DNA from: Pristiophorus japonicus
Taxonomy: Eukaryota
NCBI RefSeq assembly: GCF_044704955.1
Contig: NC_091984.1
Span: forward strand, 147,560,001 to 147,624,000
Length of the DNA: 64,000 nucleotides
Direction: 5' to 3'
Part shown: positions 49,149 to 60,966 of the stretch, piece after piece
Numbering within the stretch: the first letter of the stretch is position 1
Layout: each line of letters begins with the position of its first letter
Notes under the pieces: model-generated
The model's database searches: none
What the model was told of the DNA's origin: nothing
The model's input: the letters and a program-made list of their open reading frames with translations, nothing else
Position numbers and translations under genes: made by a program

Positions 49149-52100
49149 TGTCAGGTTCTGCGAAACCAACCACGGAAACATGTGGCAGGGAGAATGGGAA
49201 GATGCCATGTTTAAAATGACCAACTGCAGCCAACAGCCTGTAAACCGCGGAGGATGATGGGACTCTGGCCACCCTGTACAGTAACAGACCATGTTGCATA
49301 GGCACGGAACTGGACGGGGGATGAGCCAGCTACCATGGGGGGAGAGGAGTGTACATTTGGTTCTTCCAGGAAAATGGATACAAGGCAACTTTATATTTTG
49401 AAAGGACATTTCTCCAGCTTTTTGTGTAAAAACCTCACTGAAGAGGCAACATGTCCAGGCAAAATCTCCCCAGTAATACACAAGGCAACAGAATGGGTAT
49501 CATTTGAATAATTAAACAAAGGCCCACAGGTCTGATGCAATCATTTTGGCCAGCTCAGACAGAGTGGCACATCTGTCGAGATAGTTAACAATCATCTTCA
49601 TTCACCCCATCAGCGAGCGACAGGATACAGGAGGTGTGGCTAATCTCCCATTCCAGACAGATCGATCCACATCGAACTGCCATTCACACCCCATTTTATT
49701 CAAGGAAGACCCAAGACAATGGCACGAAGATGAACGGACGATACGAAAAGCTGCAAAAACACACAAGGGTTGTTGGAGGTTGGGGTCGGAGATTGGAGGT
49801 GTTAGAGGTTGGGGGTTGGAGGTTGGAGGTTTTAGAGGTTGGAGGTTGGAGGTTGGAGTCAGCTTTTGCATTGAGTTGTAGAGTTGAGTTAAGAAGGTGG
49901 GAGTCAGTTTTCGTTGTGGATGAGTTGAGTTAAAGGGGAGTTGAGTCAGCTCTTCACAAGGCCCTCGCTCTGGGGAAAGTGTGCTTAACTCCAGCAGCTT
50001 TTTGCTTAGGAGGGCATCAAACAGTAAATTAGGGGTGCATGCAATAAAGGTGCAGCAATTATCATGGGTGACTTTGAAATGCATATAGATTGGGCTAACC
50101 AAACTGGAAGCAATACGGTGGAGGAGGATTTCCTGGAGTGCATAAGGGATGGTTTTCTAGACCAATATGTCGAGGAACCAACGAGGGGGAAGGCCATCTT
50201 AGACTGGGTGTTGTGTAATGAGAGAGGATTAATTAGCAATCTCGTTGTGCGAGGCCCCTTGGGGAAGAGTGACCATAATTTGGTGGAATTCTACATTAGG
50301 ATGGAGAATGAAACAATTAATTCAGAGACCATGGTCCAGAACTTAAAGAAGGGTAACTTTGAAGGTATGAGGCGTGAATTGGCTAGGATAGATTGGCGAA
50401 TGATACTTAATGGGTTGATAGTGGATGGACAATGGCAGACATTTAGAGACCGCATGGATGAACGACAGCAATTATACATCCCTGTCTGGCGTAACAATAA
50501 AAAAGGGAAGGTGGCTCAACCGTGGCTATCTAGGGAATTCAGGGGCAGTATTAAAGCCAAGGAAGTGGCATACAAATTGGCCAGAAATAGCAGCGAACCC
50601 GGGGACTGGGAGAAATTTAGAACTCAGCAGAGGAGGACAAAGGGTTTGATTAGGGCAGGGAAAACAGAGTACGAGAGGAAGCTTGCAGGGAACATTAAGA
50701 CGGACTGCAAAAGCTTCAATAGATATGTAAAGAGAAAAAGGTTAGCAAAGACAAACGTAGGTCCCCTGCAGTCAGAATCAGGGGAAGTCATAACTGGGAA
50801 CAAAGAAATGGCAGACCAATTGAACCAAGTATTTTGGTTCGTTAATCACTAAGGAGGACACAAACAACCTTCCGGATATAAAAGGGGTCAGAGGGTCTAG
50901 TAAGAAGAAGGAACTGAGGGAAATCCTTATTCGTCGGGAAATTGTGTTGGGAAAATTGATGGGATTGAAGGCCGATAAATCCCCAAGGTCTGATGGTCTG
51001 CATCCCAGAGTACTTAAGGAGGTGGCCTTGGAAATAGCGGATGCATTGACAGTCATTTTCCAACATTCCATAGACCTGGATCAGTTCCTATGGAGTGGAG
51101 GGTAGCCAATGTAACCCCACTTTTTAAAAAAGGAAGAAAAGAGAAAACAGGGAATTATAGACTGATCAGCCTGGTATCGGTAGTGGGTAAAATGATGGAA
51201 TCAATTATTAAGGATGTCATAGCAGCGCATTTGGAAAGAGGTGACATGATAGGTCCAAGTCAGCATGGATTTGTGAAAGGGAAATCATGCTTGACAAATC
51301 TTCTGGAATTTTTTGAGGATGTTTCCAGTAGAGTGGACAAGGAGGAACCAGTTGATGTGGTGTATTTGGACTTTGAGAAGGCTTTCGACAAGGTCCCACA
51401 CAAGAGATTAATGTGCAAAGTTAAAGCACGTGGGATTGGGGGTAGTGTGCTGACGTGGATTAAGAACTAGTTGGCAGACAGGAAGCAAAGAGTAGGAGTA
51501 AATGGGTACTTTTCAGAATGGCAGGCAGTGACTAGTGGGGTACCGCAAGGTTCTGTGCTGGGGCCCCAGCTGTTTACATTGTACATTAATGATTTAGACG
51601 AGGGGATTAAATGTAGTATCTCCAAATTTTCGGATGACATTAAGTTGGGTAGCAGTGTGAGCTGCGAGGAGGATGCTATGAGGCTGCAGAGTGACTTGGA
51701 TAGGTTTGTTGAATGGGCAAATCCATGGCAGATGAAGTATAATGTGGATAAATGTGAGGTTATCCACTTTGGTGGTAAAAACAGAGAGACAGACTATTAT
51801 CTGAATGGTGACAGATTAGGAAAAGGGGAGGTGCAACAAGACCTGGGTGTCATGGTACGTCAGTCATTGAAGGTTGGCATGCAGGTACAGCAGGCGGTTA
51901 AGAAAGCAAATGGCATGTTGGCCTTCATAGCGTGGGGATTTGAGTACAGGGGCAGGGAGGTGTTACTACAGTTGTACAGGGCCTTGGTGAGGCCACACCT
52001 GGAGTATTGTGTACAGTTTTGGTCTCCTGGCTTGAGGAAGGACATTGTAGCGATTGAGGGAGTGCAGCGAAGGTTCAACAGACTGATTCCCGGGACTGAC

Positions 52101-53035
52101 ATATCAAGAAAGTCTGGATCAACTGGGCTTGTATTCACTGGAGTTCAGAAGAATGAGAGGGAATCTCATAGAAACATTTAACATTCTGATGGGTTTAGAC
52201 AGGTTAGATGCAGGAAGAATGTTCCCAATTTTGGGGAAGTCCAGAGCCAGAAGTCACAGTCTAAGGATAAGGGGTAAGCCATTTAGGACCGAAATGAGAA
52301 GAAACATCTTCACCCAGAGAGTGATGAAGCTGTGTAATTCTCTGCCACAGAAAGTTGTTGAGGCCAATTCACTAAATATATTCAAAAAGGAGTTAGATGT
52401 AGTCCTTACGACTAGGGGGATCAAGGGGTATGGCGAGAAAGCAGGAATGGGGTACTGAAGTTGCATGTTCAGCCATGAACTCATTGAATGGCGGTGCAGG
52501 CTCGAAGGGCCGAAGGGCCTACTCCTGCACCTATTTTCTACGTTTTTATGTTTCTATGAGCCAACCGAGAGGCAACCGACGCAACATCGAGGAGGAAAAC
52601 CGAACCGACCAACAACGTAAAACCCACTCCAGTGGGACCCCGAGCTGAAATAAGTGACCCCAGAACCCCAGAGTTGATAGGATTGTGAGTGTAGCCCAAA
52701 CCCCCTCACAGACACAATTTAGGACAGGAATTGGTAAGAAGGGTGGAAGTGGGAGGTGGGGTTGTGTGTGGGTGGAATGTTTCAACCTCTTATCTTCCCC
52801 TTCCCTGTTGCGAGAATTTTTTGTGTTGTTGAGTGAGATTGTGCCATTACTGCTATTTACGACCTCTTCCTATGCCCTCTATCTTTGTGTTTACTATTCT
52901 AAATAAACAACATTAGCCATTTTGTACTCTTACCCACTGTGTCTGGTGCCTCGTTATTCACCCATCCTCATAAATCGCACGAACAGAACCTCAGGGGAGT
53001 GGGGATTCGAACCCACACCCCAAGCTCCCTTTACA
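49149..53035 (+). mobile_element. Probable solo LTR (about 1.3 kb) split by a CR1
   Basis: Begins TGTCAGG, homologous to a PPT-adjacent LTR start at 48934-48860. After the CR1 it has AATAAA at 52902 and ends TTTACA at 53035. No TSD found. Confidence 0.5.
50008..52557 (+). mobile_element. 5'-truncated CR1 in the J-C intron (antisense to the Ig gene)
   Basis: Colinear and highly similar to 3437-5996; tail at 52535-52557. Confidence 0.92.
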
Positions 53036-53754
53036 CCTGCATTTATATAGCGCCTTTCACACCTGAGGATGTCCCAAAGTGCTTCACAGACAATGAAGTA
53101 CATTTTTGAAGTGCAGTCACTGTTGTAATGTGGAAAACACAGCAACCAATTGGTGCACAGCAAGCTCCCACACACAGCAATGCGGTAATTGAGATTTTTA
53201 AGCGATGTAGGTTGCGGGATAAATATCGGCCTGAACTCGAGCTACAGAAACAGCAACTGAGAGTCTCCCCACAACCCTGGAGCACTGCAGCCGCCGGATT
53301 GCGAGCCCTGCTGCCCCTGTTTGTGATCAGAAGTTGGACAGGAGGTGAGCGGGGGCTGGACAGATCAGAGTTGGAGCTGGGGGAGGCGGGACCTCGGGAG
53401 TGTCAGTGTGCTGAGGCTGAGCTCAGTTATATCAGAGACTGTGACAGGAGCACAGACTGCCCCCAGCGAGCTCACTCACTCACACCCACACTCTGCCCGT
53501 GTCTCACACACCGTGTCTGTCACACTGAGACAGGCAGGAGGCTCGGGAGCGATTTCCGGGGATGGTGCAGGGACGGGACCGCGGTGTGTCAACGTCCAGA
53601 TCTCCTCCACACGGTGGGTAACAGTTCGTTACTTATACTTTGCTGGGTGAAGGGGGAATGTGGGTCAAGGAATACAGCCGGGCTCCCTGTCATACACAGC
53701 ACTCTTCAATTAACCCTTTCATTCACCGCAGCTCCCCACCACATTATATAACCC

Positions 53755-54180
53755 ATACAGAGGCATTGGAGAGGGTGCAGAGAAGGTTTACAAGGATGGG
53801 ACCAGAAATGCGAGGGTGTACATATCAGGAAAGGATGAACAGGCTGGGGCTCTTTTCTCTTGAGGCTGAGGGGTGACCTGATAGAGGTCTTTAACATTGG
53901 GAAAGGATTTGATAGAGTGGATACAGAGAGAGTGTTTCCACTTGTGGGGAAGAGCAGAACTAGAGGCCATCAGTATAAGATAGTCAGCAAGAAATCCAAT
54001 CGGGAATTCAGGAGAAAATCCTTTACCCAGCGAGTGGTGAGAATGTGGAGTTGGCTACAACAGGGAGTGATTGAAGTAAATAGTATCGATGTATTTAAGG
54101 GGAGGCTAGACAGCGATATGAGGGAGAAAGGAATAGAGGGTTATGCTGATAGATTTTAATGAGGAAAGATGGGAGGATCA
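53755..54180 (+). mobile_element. CR1 3' fragment
   Basis: ALERVQRRFTRM, LRGDLIEVF and FTQRVVRMW motifs. Confidence 0.82.
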
Positions 54181-54283
54181 AGTGTAATCATACGTAAACT
54201 AACACCTTCGCATATTCAGCATTTGTGTCTTAGAAAGATTCAGTATTTAAAGTGTTAATAACGGAGCATTGGGGTTTACTTAC

Positions 54284-54318
54284 TCAGTCTGAGCTTGGTT
54301 CCTTTACCGAACGTGAGC
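54284..54318 (-). CDS. IGKJ: Ig light chain J segment (LTFGKGTKLRL)
   Basis: FGxGT motif; donor A|GTAAGT; phase matches the C exon (A+GC = Ser). Confidence 0.96.
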
Positions 54319-54357
54319 CACAGTGACAGCTTCCAGTGCAGCGGCTGTACAATATCC
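54319..54357 (+). other. J recombination signal sequence, 23-bp spacer
   Basis: CACAGTG (54319-25), 23 nt, then ACAATATCC (54349-57). Confidence 0.93.
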
Positions 54358-54369
54358 TCCGTCCCTGGC

Positions 54370-54612
54370 TCACTCAGTCTCTCTCCCCCTCTCTCTGTCT
54401 GTGTGTGTGTGTCTGCGTCTTTCTCAGCGTCTCACTCTCCCTCACTTTTTCTCTCTCTTTCTCACTCTCTCTCTCTCACACATTCTGTTTCTCGCTGACT
54501 GCCTCTCACTCTTTCCCCCTCTCCCACTCCCCCTCCATCTCCCTCACTCCATCCCTCACTCACTCTCTCACTCTTTCACTGTCCCTCATACTCTCCCTCC
54601 CTCTCACTCTGT
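54370..54612. repeat. CT-rich low-complexity tract between J and V
   Basis: (CT)n and (CTCA)n runs. Confidence 0.85.
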
Positions 54613-54884
54613 GACGAGTTATCTGTGGCAGTGCCCAGGAGAGTTGGGGATCCGACGTGTTTGGGACAAATCTCCCAGCTGCCCTTCCCGCCCCATCAGA
54701 TGGTAACCCTGGGGCCACGGAATTGCTGGAGAATGAAAGTCCCCATCACACAGGGCTCACCTCTTTGTGCCCCTCGAACAACGGGCTCCGTCAGCAAGCG
54801 AGATGTTTGTGTTGCTGACATAGGCCTTTCTCGGGGATCATTATAAAATAACGAGTTTCAGGGGCTTTAGAAATCTATTTCCTC

Positions 54885-55500
54885 AGTCCGTGAATATCGT
54901 GTGTATGTGGAGTGTGAGAGGCTGCAGCCCCTCTTCCACTATTTGAAGGGGCTGCTCCTCAATTTCTGCCTCCACTTCAGTCCCATGCTCCTGGGCCTGG
55001 TCACCAGGTGCAGGGGGAGTGGGCAGGTCGGCGGGCCCCCCGTGGGTCTCCTCCTGGGCCTGGCCACCCGGTGCGTGGAGAGCGGGCAGGTCGGAGGGCC
55101 TCCCCGTGGGCCTGTTCCTGGTTCGAGCCACCCGGTGCAGGGGGAGCGGGCAGGTCGGAGGGCCTCCCCGTGGGCCTGCTCCTGGGCCTGGCCACCCGAT
55201 GTGTGGAGAGCGGGCAGGTCGGAGGGCCTCCCCGTGGGCCTGCTCCTGCGTTTGGCCAAGGTGGCCATGCACAGGTCCTAGTTGGATGGGGCCCATGGGG
55301 TGGCTGCAGTGACTGCCTGCCTCCCTTCGGGATCTTTGTCCATACCCCGGTGACCCCGGGGATAGAGCTCAAGGTAGGCCTGAGGCCTTCTGCGACGGGT
55401 GGGCACCGCAGGGCCTGGAGTGTGGGGTGGGCAGGGAAAGAGCACGACCATTTCACTTGTTCACTTTCCTTTCATGTTTATGCTTTGGGTTTAATAAGTT
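54885..55500 (+). mobile_element. L1/Tx1-clade LINE 3' fragment with an internal ~64-bp tandem amplification (x4)
   Basis: VYVECERLQPLFHYLKGLLLNFCLHFSP...LLLRLAKVAMHRS resembles a Tx1 ORF2 C-terminus; repeat spans 54987-55250. Confidence 0.68.
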
Positions 55501-55823
55501 GTGGCCCTCTCAATAGTGGGGGGTTTGTGAGATTATTTGGATTGAGGACACAGGACCACCCAGTGTCTCCGTGCTGTCTGAATGTACAGAGTAGAGCTGT
55601 GAGATTGTCAGTGATGAAGACACAGCCCCAACTCTTCTCTGACCCACTCCATACTTTTCCAATTCACTGCAGCTTCCAGCTAAATATTCCTGCCGTCACT
55701 CCCATCGAGCTGTGTGTCAGTCATGTGTAAAACCGTACAGGAGGTGGGGCTGTGTGTCCATTATTATATATTATATATAACTGTGGGGTGAGTCAGTACA
55801 GAAGGTGGGGCTGTGTATATTGA

Positions 55824-55851
55824 GGTTTTTGTCCGGCTGTGTATCACAGTG
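55824..55851 (-). other. V recombination signal sequence, 12-bp spacer
   Basis: Minus strand CACTGTG, ATACACAGCCGG, ACAAAAACC (perfect nonamer). V12/J23 is the kappa-type arrangement. Confidence 0.96.
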
Positions 55852-56150
55852 TAGAGGGAAGCTATACCCTTGCTGACAATAATAGTCCGCGACATCCTCG
55901 CTCTGCACGTTGCTGATGCTCAGGGTGAACGTGTTGGACTGGTAACTGCCGGTGAAGCGATCGGGGGTTCCAGTGAAACTAGTTGTTGCATCATAGATCA
56001 GCAGAGTGGGTTTCTGCCCAGCGTTCTGCTGGTACCAAGCAACATAATTGCTAACGGATGCACTGGCAGTACAGGAGATGGTTGCAGTCTGTCCCTCACT
56101 CACTGACAGCACCGGGGGAGACTGGGTCATGATGATGTCCCCACTGATAC
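55852..56150 (-). CDS. IGKV: Ig light chain V exon, kappa type (shark type III/NS4-like), germline unrearranged
   Basis: Acceptor CCCCCTCAG|[49 protein letters not shown], with no stops. Confidence 0.97.
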
Positions 56151-56337
56151 CTGAGGGGGAAATGGGGAAAGAAAGTGAAGTAAGCACTGTCATAGAAAGA
56201 CACTGTAAAATGAGAGATTGCTCGAGACACTGAGCTCTCCTCTAGTGTCAGCATTTGCCCTTCAATCACTGGTCAGTAGAGTTGGACAGAAATCGACAGC
56301 AGGGAGATATTAAACATGGAAGGAGAGAGATTTGTAC

Positions 56338-56386
56338 CTGCGATGCAGAATGCCAGAGGCCAGATTAGCTGGATGGGTGAAATCAT
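56338..56386 (-). CDS. IGKV: Ig light chain leader exon (MISPIQLIWPLAFCIA)
   Basis: ACCATG start, 49 nt, donor G|GTACAA, 187-bp phase-1 intron to V. Confidence 0.92.
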
Positions 56387-56445
56387 GGTGTCTGCTCCTG
56401 TCCCTGTGCCTGCTTACTGATAAACTACCCTTCACTGGGCTCTGC

Positions 56446-56525
56446 TTTATAAACCTGCAGCCTGTGAGAGTCTCACTGCCCATCCCTCAGTATGTAAATG
56501 TCTTCACCCAGATAAAGCCACGTCA
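56446..56525 (-). promoter_or_regulatory. V promoter: TATA (56446-53), variant octamer ATTTACAT (56492-99), TGACGTGG (56518-25)
   Basis: TTTATAAA about 60 nt upstream of the ATG; a one-mismatch light-chain octamer about 40 nt further upstream in light-chain orientation. Confidence 0.7.
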
Positions 56526-57249
56526 GCAACTTACACTTCCTCTTCTTCTCTCCCTCCCTCTTCACCTCCCTCTCCCTTCCTCTCTCTTTCCATTCCCCCT
56601 CTCTCTTTCCATCCCTCCCCCTCTCTCTCTCCATCCTACCTCTTTCTCCCTCTCCCATTTCCACAGACTCCCAGCTGCAGTACACTGAAATGCAGAGTAA
56701 ACCTCCCTGAGTCCTGCCCCACCAATGGATGTTAACCCTTGAGCCCAGACCATGCCTTCTCCTGGAGTAAGGCCCCATTCCCCACAGTTGGCCTCTCTCA
56801 GTACACTGGCTGTTTATTGCCCAATTGAGGGCCGTTCTGTGCTGTGGGCCTATTCTCAGTGGGGACCGGTTTGGACAGAAAGTTCATTTCGTGAAGGCCC
56901 AGCAGAGGGAGGAAATCCTCACCCCATCAGTGTGAGCTGGAGCGACAGGACAGGGTCTGACCCACTGCCCCATCCTGTCTGTCCAGAACATCTTCGAATC
57001 CCTTCCCCTCTCCTTCCCCTTCCATGGCCCCGCTCCGGGTCAGGGTGTTTTGACTGGGATCAGGTCCGACGATCCCAAATTTACAACAGGAAGGGTTCGC
57101 ACTCCACGTCGACCATGGACTCCATGTCCCACTGGTCCTCCAATAGGGCTCAGGAAACATGGCTCCTTCCGATTGGTCCCCCAACAGGGCCCAGGAAACA
57201 TGAATCCTTCCTATTGGATATATACTTGAAAAGCAACAATTTGCTGGGT

Positions 57250-58853
57250 TACGGGGGCGAGGAACTTAACACAATCACAATCACTAAGGAGGTGGTACTC
57301 AGTAAGATAATGGGACTAAAGGCGGATAAATCCCCTGGATCTGATGGCTTGCATCCCAGGGTCTTATGAAAAGTCACGGCAGGGACAGTGGATTCATTGG
57401 TTGTAATTTACCAAAATTCCCTGTATTCTTGGGAGGTCCCAGCAGATTGTAAAACTGCAAATGTATCGCTCCTATTTACAAAAGGAGGCAGACAAAAAGC
57501 AGCAATCTATAGACCAATTAACCTAACATCTGTGGTTGGGAAAATGTTGGAGTCCATTATTAAAGAAGCAGTAGCAGGACATTTGGATAAGCATAATTCA
57601 GTCAGGCAGAGTAAGCATGGAATTATGAAGGGGAAGTCATGTTTGATAAATTTGCAGAATTCTTTGAGGATGCAATGAGCAGGGTGGATAAAGGGGAACC
57701 AGTGGATGTGGTGTATTTGGACCTCCAGAAGGCATTTCACAAAATGCCACGTAAGAGGTTACTGCACAAGGGTTGGGGATAATATGTTAGCATGGATAGA
57801 TGATTGGCTAACTAACAGAAAACAGAGAGTCTGCAAAAATGGTTCATTTTCGGGTTGGGAATCAGTAACTAGTGGGGTGCCGCAGGGATCAGTGCGGGGA
57901 CCCCAACTATTTACAATAAATATTAACGACTTGGATGATGGAACCGAATATAATGTAGCCACGTTTTCTGACGATACAAAGATGGGAGGAAAAGCAATGT
58001 GTGAGGAGGACACAAAATACCTGCAAAAGGACGTAGGCAGGCTAAGTGAGTGGGCAAAAATTTGGCAGATGGTGTACAATGTTGGAAAGTGTGAGGTCAT
58101 GCATTTTGGCAGAAAAAAAAATCAAAGAGCAAGTTATTATTTAAATGGTTAAAGATTGCAAAGTGCTGTGGTGCAGCGGGTACTTGTGCATGAAACACAG
58201 AAACTGTATGCAGATACAGTAAGTGATCAGGAAGGCCAATGGAATATTGGCCTTTATTGCAAAGAGGATGGAGTCTTGCTACAGCTAAACAGGGTATTGG
58301 TGTGGACACACTAATTTTGGATTCCATATTTAAGAAAGGATATACTCGCTTTGGAGGCAGGTCAGAGAAGATTCATTAGGTTAATTCAGGAGATGAGGCG
58401 GTTGATTTATGAGGTAAGGCTGAGTAGGTTGGGCATCTGCTCATTGGAATTCAGAAGAATGAGAGGTGATCTTATCGAAACGTATCAGATTATGAGGGGG
58501 CTTGACAAAGTGAATGCAGAGAGGATGTTTCCACTGAGGGGGAGAATTGAACAAGAGGACATGATCTTAGAATAAGGGGCCTCCCATTTAAAACAGATGA
58601 GGAGGAATATCTTCTCTCTGAGGGTTGTAAATCTGTGGAATTCGCTGCCTCAGAGAGCTGTGGAAGCTGGGTCATTGAATAAATTTAAGACAGAGATAGA
58701 CAGTTTCTTAACCGACAAGGGAATAAGGGGTTATGGGGAGCGGGGAGGGAAGTGGAGCTGAATCCATGATCGGATCGGCCATGATCGTATTAAATAACGG
58801 AGCAGGCTCAAGGGGCCATGTGGCCTACTCCTGCTCCTATTTCTTATGTTCTT
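57250..58853 (+). mobile_element. Degenerate 5'-truncated CR1
   Basis: KSPGSDGLHPRVL, SGVPQGS and FSDDTK motifs; ATGTTCTT tail. Confidence 0.88.
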
Positions 58854-59199
58854 TAACTGGGGAGGAGTGGGACTAATTGGGTAATTCTTTGAAAGAGCCG
58901 GCACAGGTACGATGGGCCGAATGGCCTCCTTCTGTGCGGTAAGATTCTAGGCTGTGAGCGCAGTTCACAGTTTTCTCCTGCGTCATTAACAAAGGTACAG
59001 CTGTGACAACCTCCCTCTTTCACTTCCTCTGTGGGTGAAGTTTCATTCTTCCGATCTGACAATCTCTTCAGTTATTTTTTGCATGGGGGATTTCTGCTGT
59101 GGTCTGAGTCTCTAATAATAACCGTCCAATCAGGCAGAATAACAGCAGCTCGGACCGGCTGGGACAGTGGATCCAGGCTCAGTGCTGACCTTGCAACGT

Positions 59200-60045
59200 C
59201 CTCCTCACCAACATCTGGGGACTTGTGCCAAAAGTGGGAGAGCTGCCCCACAGACGAGTCAAGCACCAGCCTGACATAGTCCTACTCACAGAATCAGACC
59301 TTTCAGCCAATGTCCCAGACTCCTCCATCACCCGAGGTGGCAGCTCAGTGGTACACTGTCAGGAGGCAGTGGCCCTGGGAGTCCTCAACATTGACTCCGG
59401 ACCCCATGAAGTCTCATGGCATCAGGTCAAACATGGGCAATGAAACCTCCTGCTGATTACCACCTCCCGCCCTCCCTCAGCTGATGAATCAGTACTCCTC
59501 CATGTTGAACACCACTTGGAAGAAGCACTGAGAGTAGCAAGGGCACAGAATGTACTCTGGGTGGGGGACTTCACTGTCCATCACCAAGAGTAGCTCGGTA
59601 GCACCACTACTGACCAAGCTGGCCGAGAGGGGCGATGCTGAAATTGCAATCCCAGGTACCGGGGGCCTGGAGGACTGCAAACGTGGTACCTTTGTTTAAA
59701 AAGGGAGCAAGGGCTAGATCGAGTCACTACAGGTCGGTCAGCCTAACCTCGGGGGCGGGATAGGAGGAATCTTCATTTAACAAGACACGGATCAATCAAG
59801 GACAGTTAGCATGGATTCGTTAAGGGAAGGTCATGTCTGAATAACTTGATTCAATTTTTTGAGGAGATAACAAGGAGAGTCGATGAGGGCAGTGCGTATG
59901 ATGTAGTGTATATGGATTTTAACAAGGCTTTTGTTAATGTCCCACATGGCAGACTGGTCACAAAAGAAATAGCCCATGGGATCCAGAGCAAAGTGACAAG
60001 TTGGATTCAAAATTGGTTCAGAGGCAGTTAGCAAAGCGTAATGGT
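59200..60045 (+). mobile_element. LINE fragments (APE endonuclease remnant, then CR1 RT fragment)
   Basis: QPDIVLLTES and WVGDF motifs; FFEEITRRVDEG..YMDFNKAF. Confidence 0.7.
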
Positions 60046-60966
60046 TGTAAGGGGTGGTTTGCAGAGGGTCAGCTTTCCCTTCTGACCTTATATGAACGGA
60101 TCCGAATCGCTCCCACACCCTTGGTTCTAGACACTGGAATTATGAAGGGACTGTGACAGACTTGGAGAGACAATCGGTTTCAAGGTAGGAAGCAGCTATG
60201 GCTTTATTGTGTTTAAAAAGTAAAAGGCACACCTTTAAGAACACACACAGACCAATACACACTGAAGGGTACAACACATTGAATAAAATGTCAAATTACA
60301 GCCTGTGGGGAAAAGAATACAGCTTAAACTCTAAATGAGGTAAAGAGGAGAATGCAGATACATTTACACAAGTTATCCCAGCCTCCCCCCTCCCAATTCC
60401 CCTAACTAACTAAGTTATAGCTCTGAGGGTTCAGGGGCTATGCTCACCAATCCCTTCAGACAGTTGCCGGTGAATCGCGGTTTCGGGGTTCGCTGCACTT
60501 GGCCTTCTAGGCGAGCCGTACCCAGGAACCGCGATTCACCGGCAACTGTCTAAAGGGATTGGTGAGCATAGCCCCTGAACCCTCAGAGCTCTAACTTAGT
60601 TAGTTAGGGGAATTGGGAGGGGGGAGGCTGGGATAACTTGTGTAAATGTATCTGCATTCTCCTCTTCACCCCATTTAGAGTTTAAGCTGTATTCTTTTCC
60701 CCACAGGCTGTAATTTGACATTTTATTCAATGTGTTGTACCCCTCAGTGTGTATTGGTCTGTGTGTGTTATTAAAGGTGTGCCTTTTACTTCTTTTTAAA
60801 CACAATAAAGCCATACCTGCTTCCTACCTTGAAACCGATTGTCTGTCCAAGTCTGTCACAGTCCTTTCATAATTCCAGTGTCTAGAACCAAGGGTGTGGG
60901 AGCGATTCGGAACCGTTCATATAAGGTCAGAAGGGAAAGCTTACCCTCTGCAAACCACCCCTTACA
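60046..60966. repeat. Long inverted repeat made of two LTR 3' halves (arms 60046-60482 and 60527-60966; 44-bp loop)
   Basis: Arms are reverse complements with about 11 substitutions and one 3-bp indel; outer ends are TG and CA. Confidence 0.95.

Noticed and set aside
52991-53020. tRNA gene (reverse-complement B box GGGATTCGAACCC)
   Set aside because: Only a T-arm-like fragment in a probable LTR end; no cloverleaf or A box.
54284-56150. Germline-joined VJ gene (known in sharks)
   Set aside because: V and J are separate, each with its own RSS, 1.47 kb apart.
60046-60966. Assembly fold-back artefact
   Set aside because: The arms differ by about 11 substitutions and an indel, and the left arm stops exactly at the LTR terminus; a read fold-back would be near-identical and ignore that boundary.
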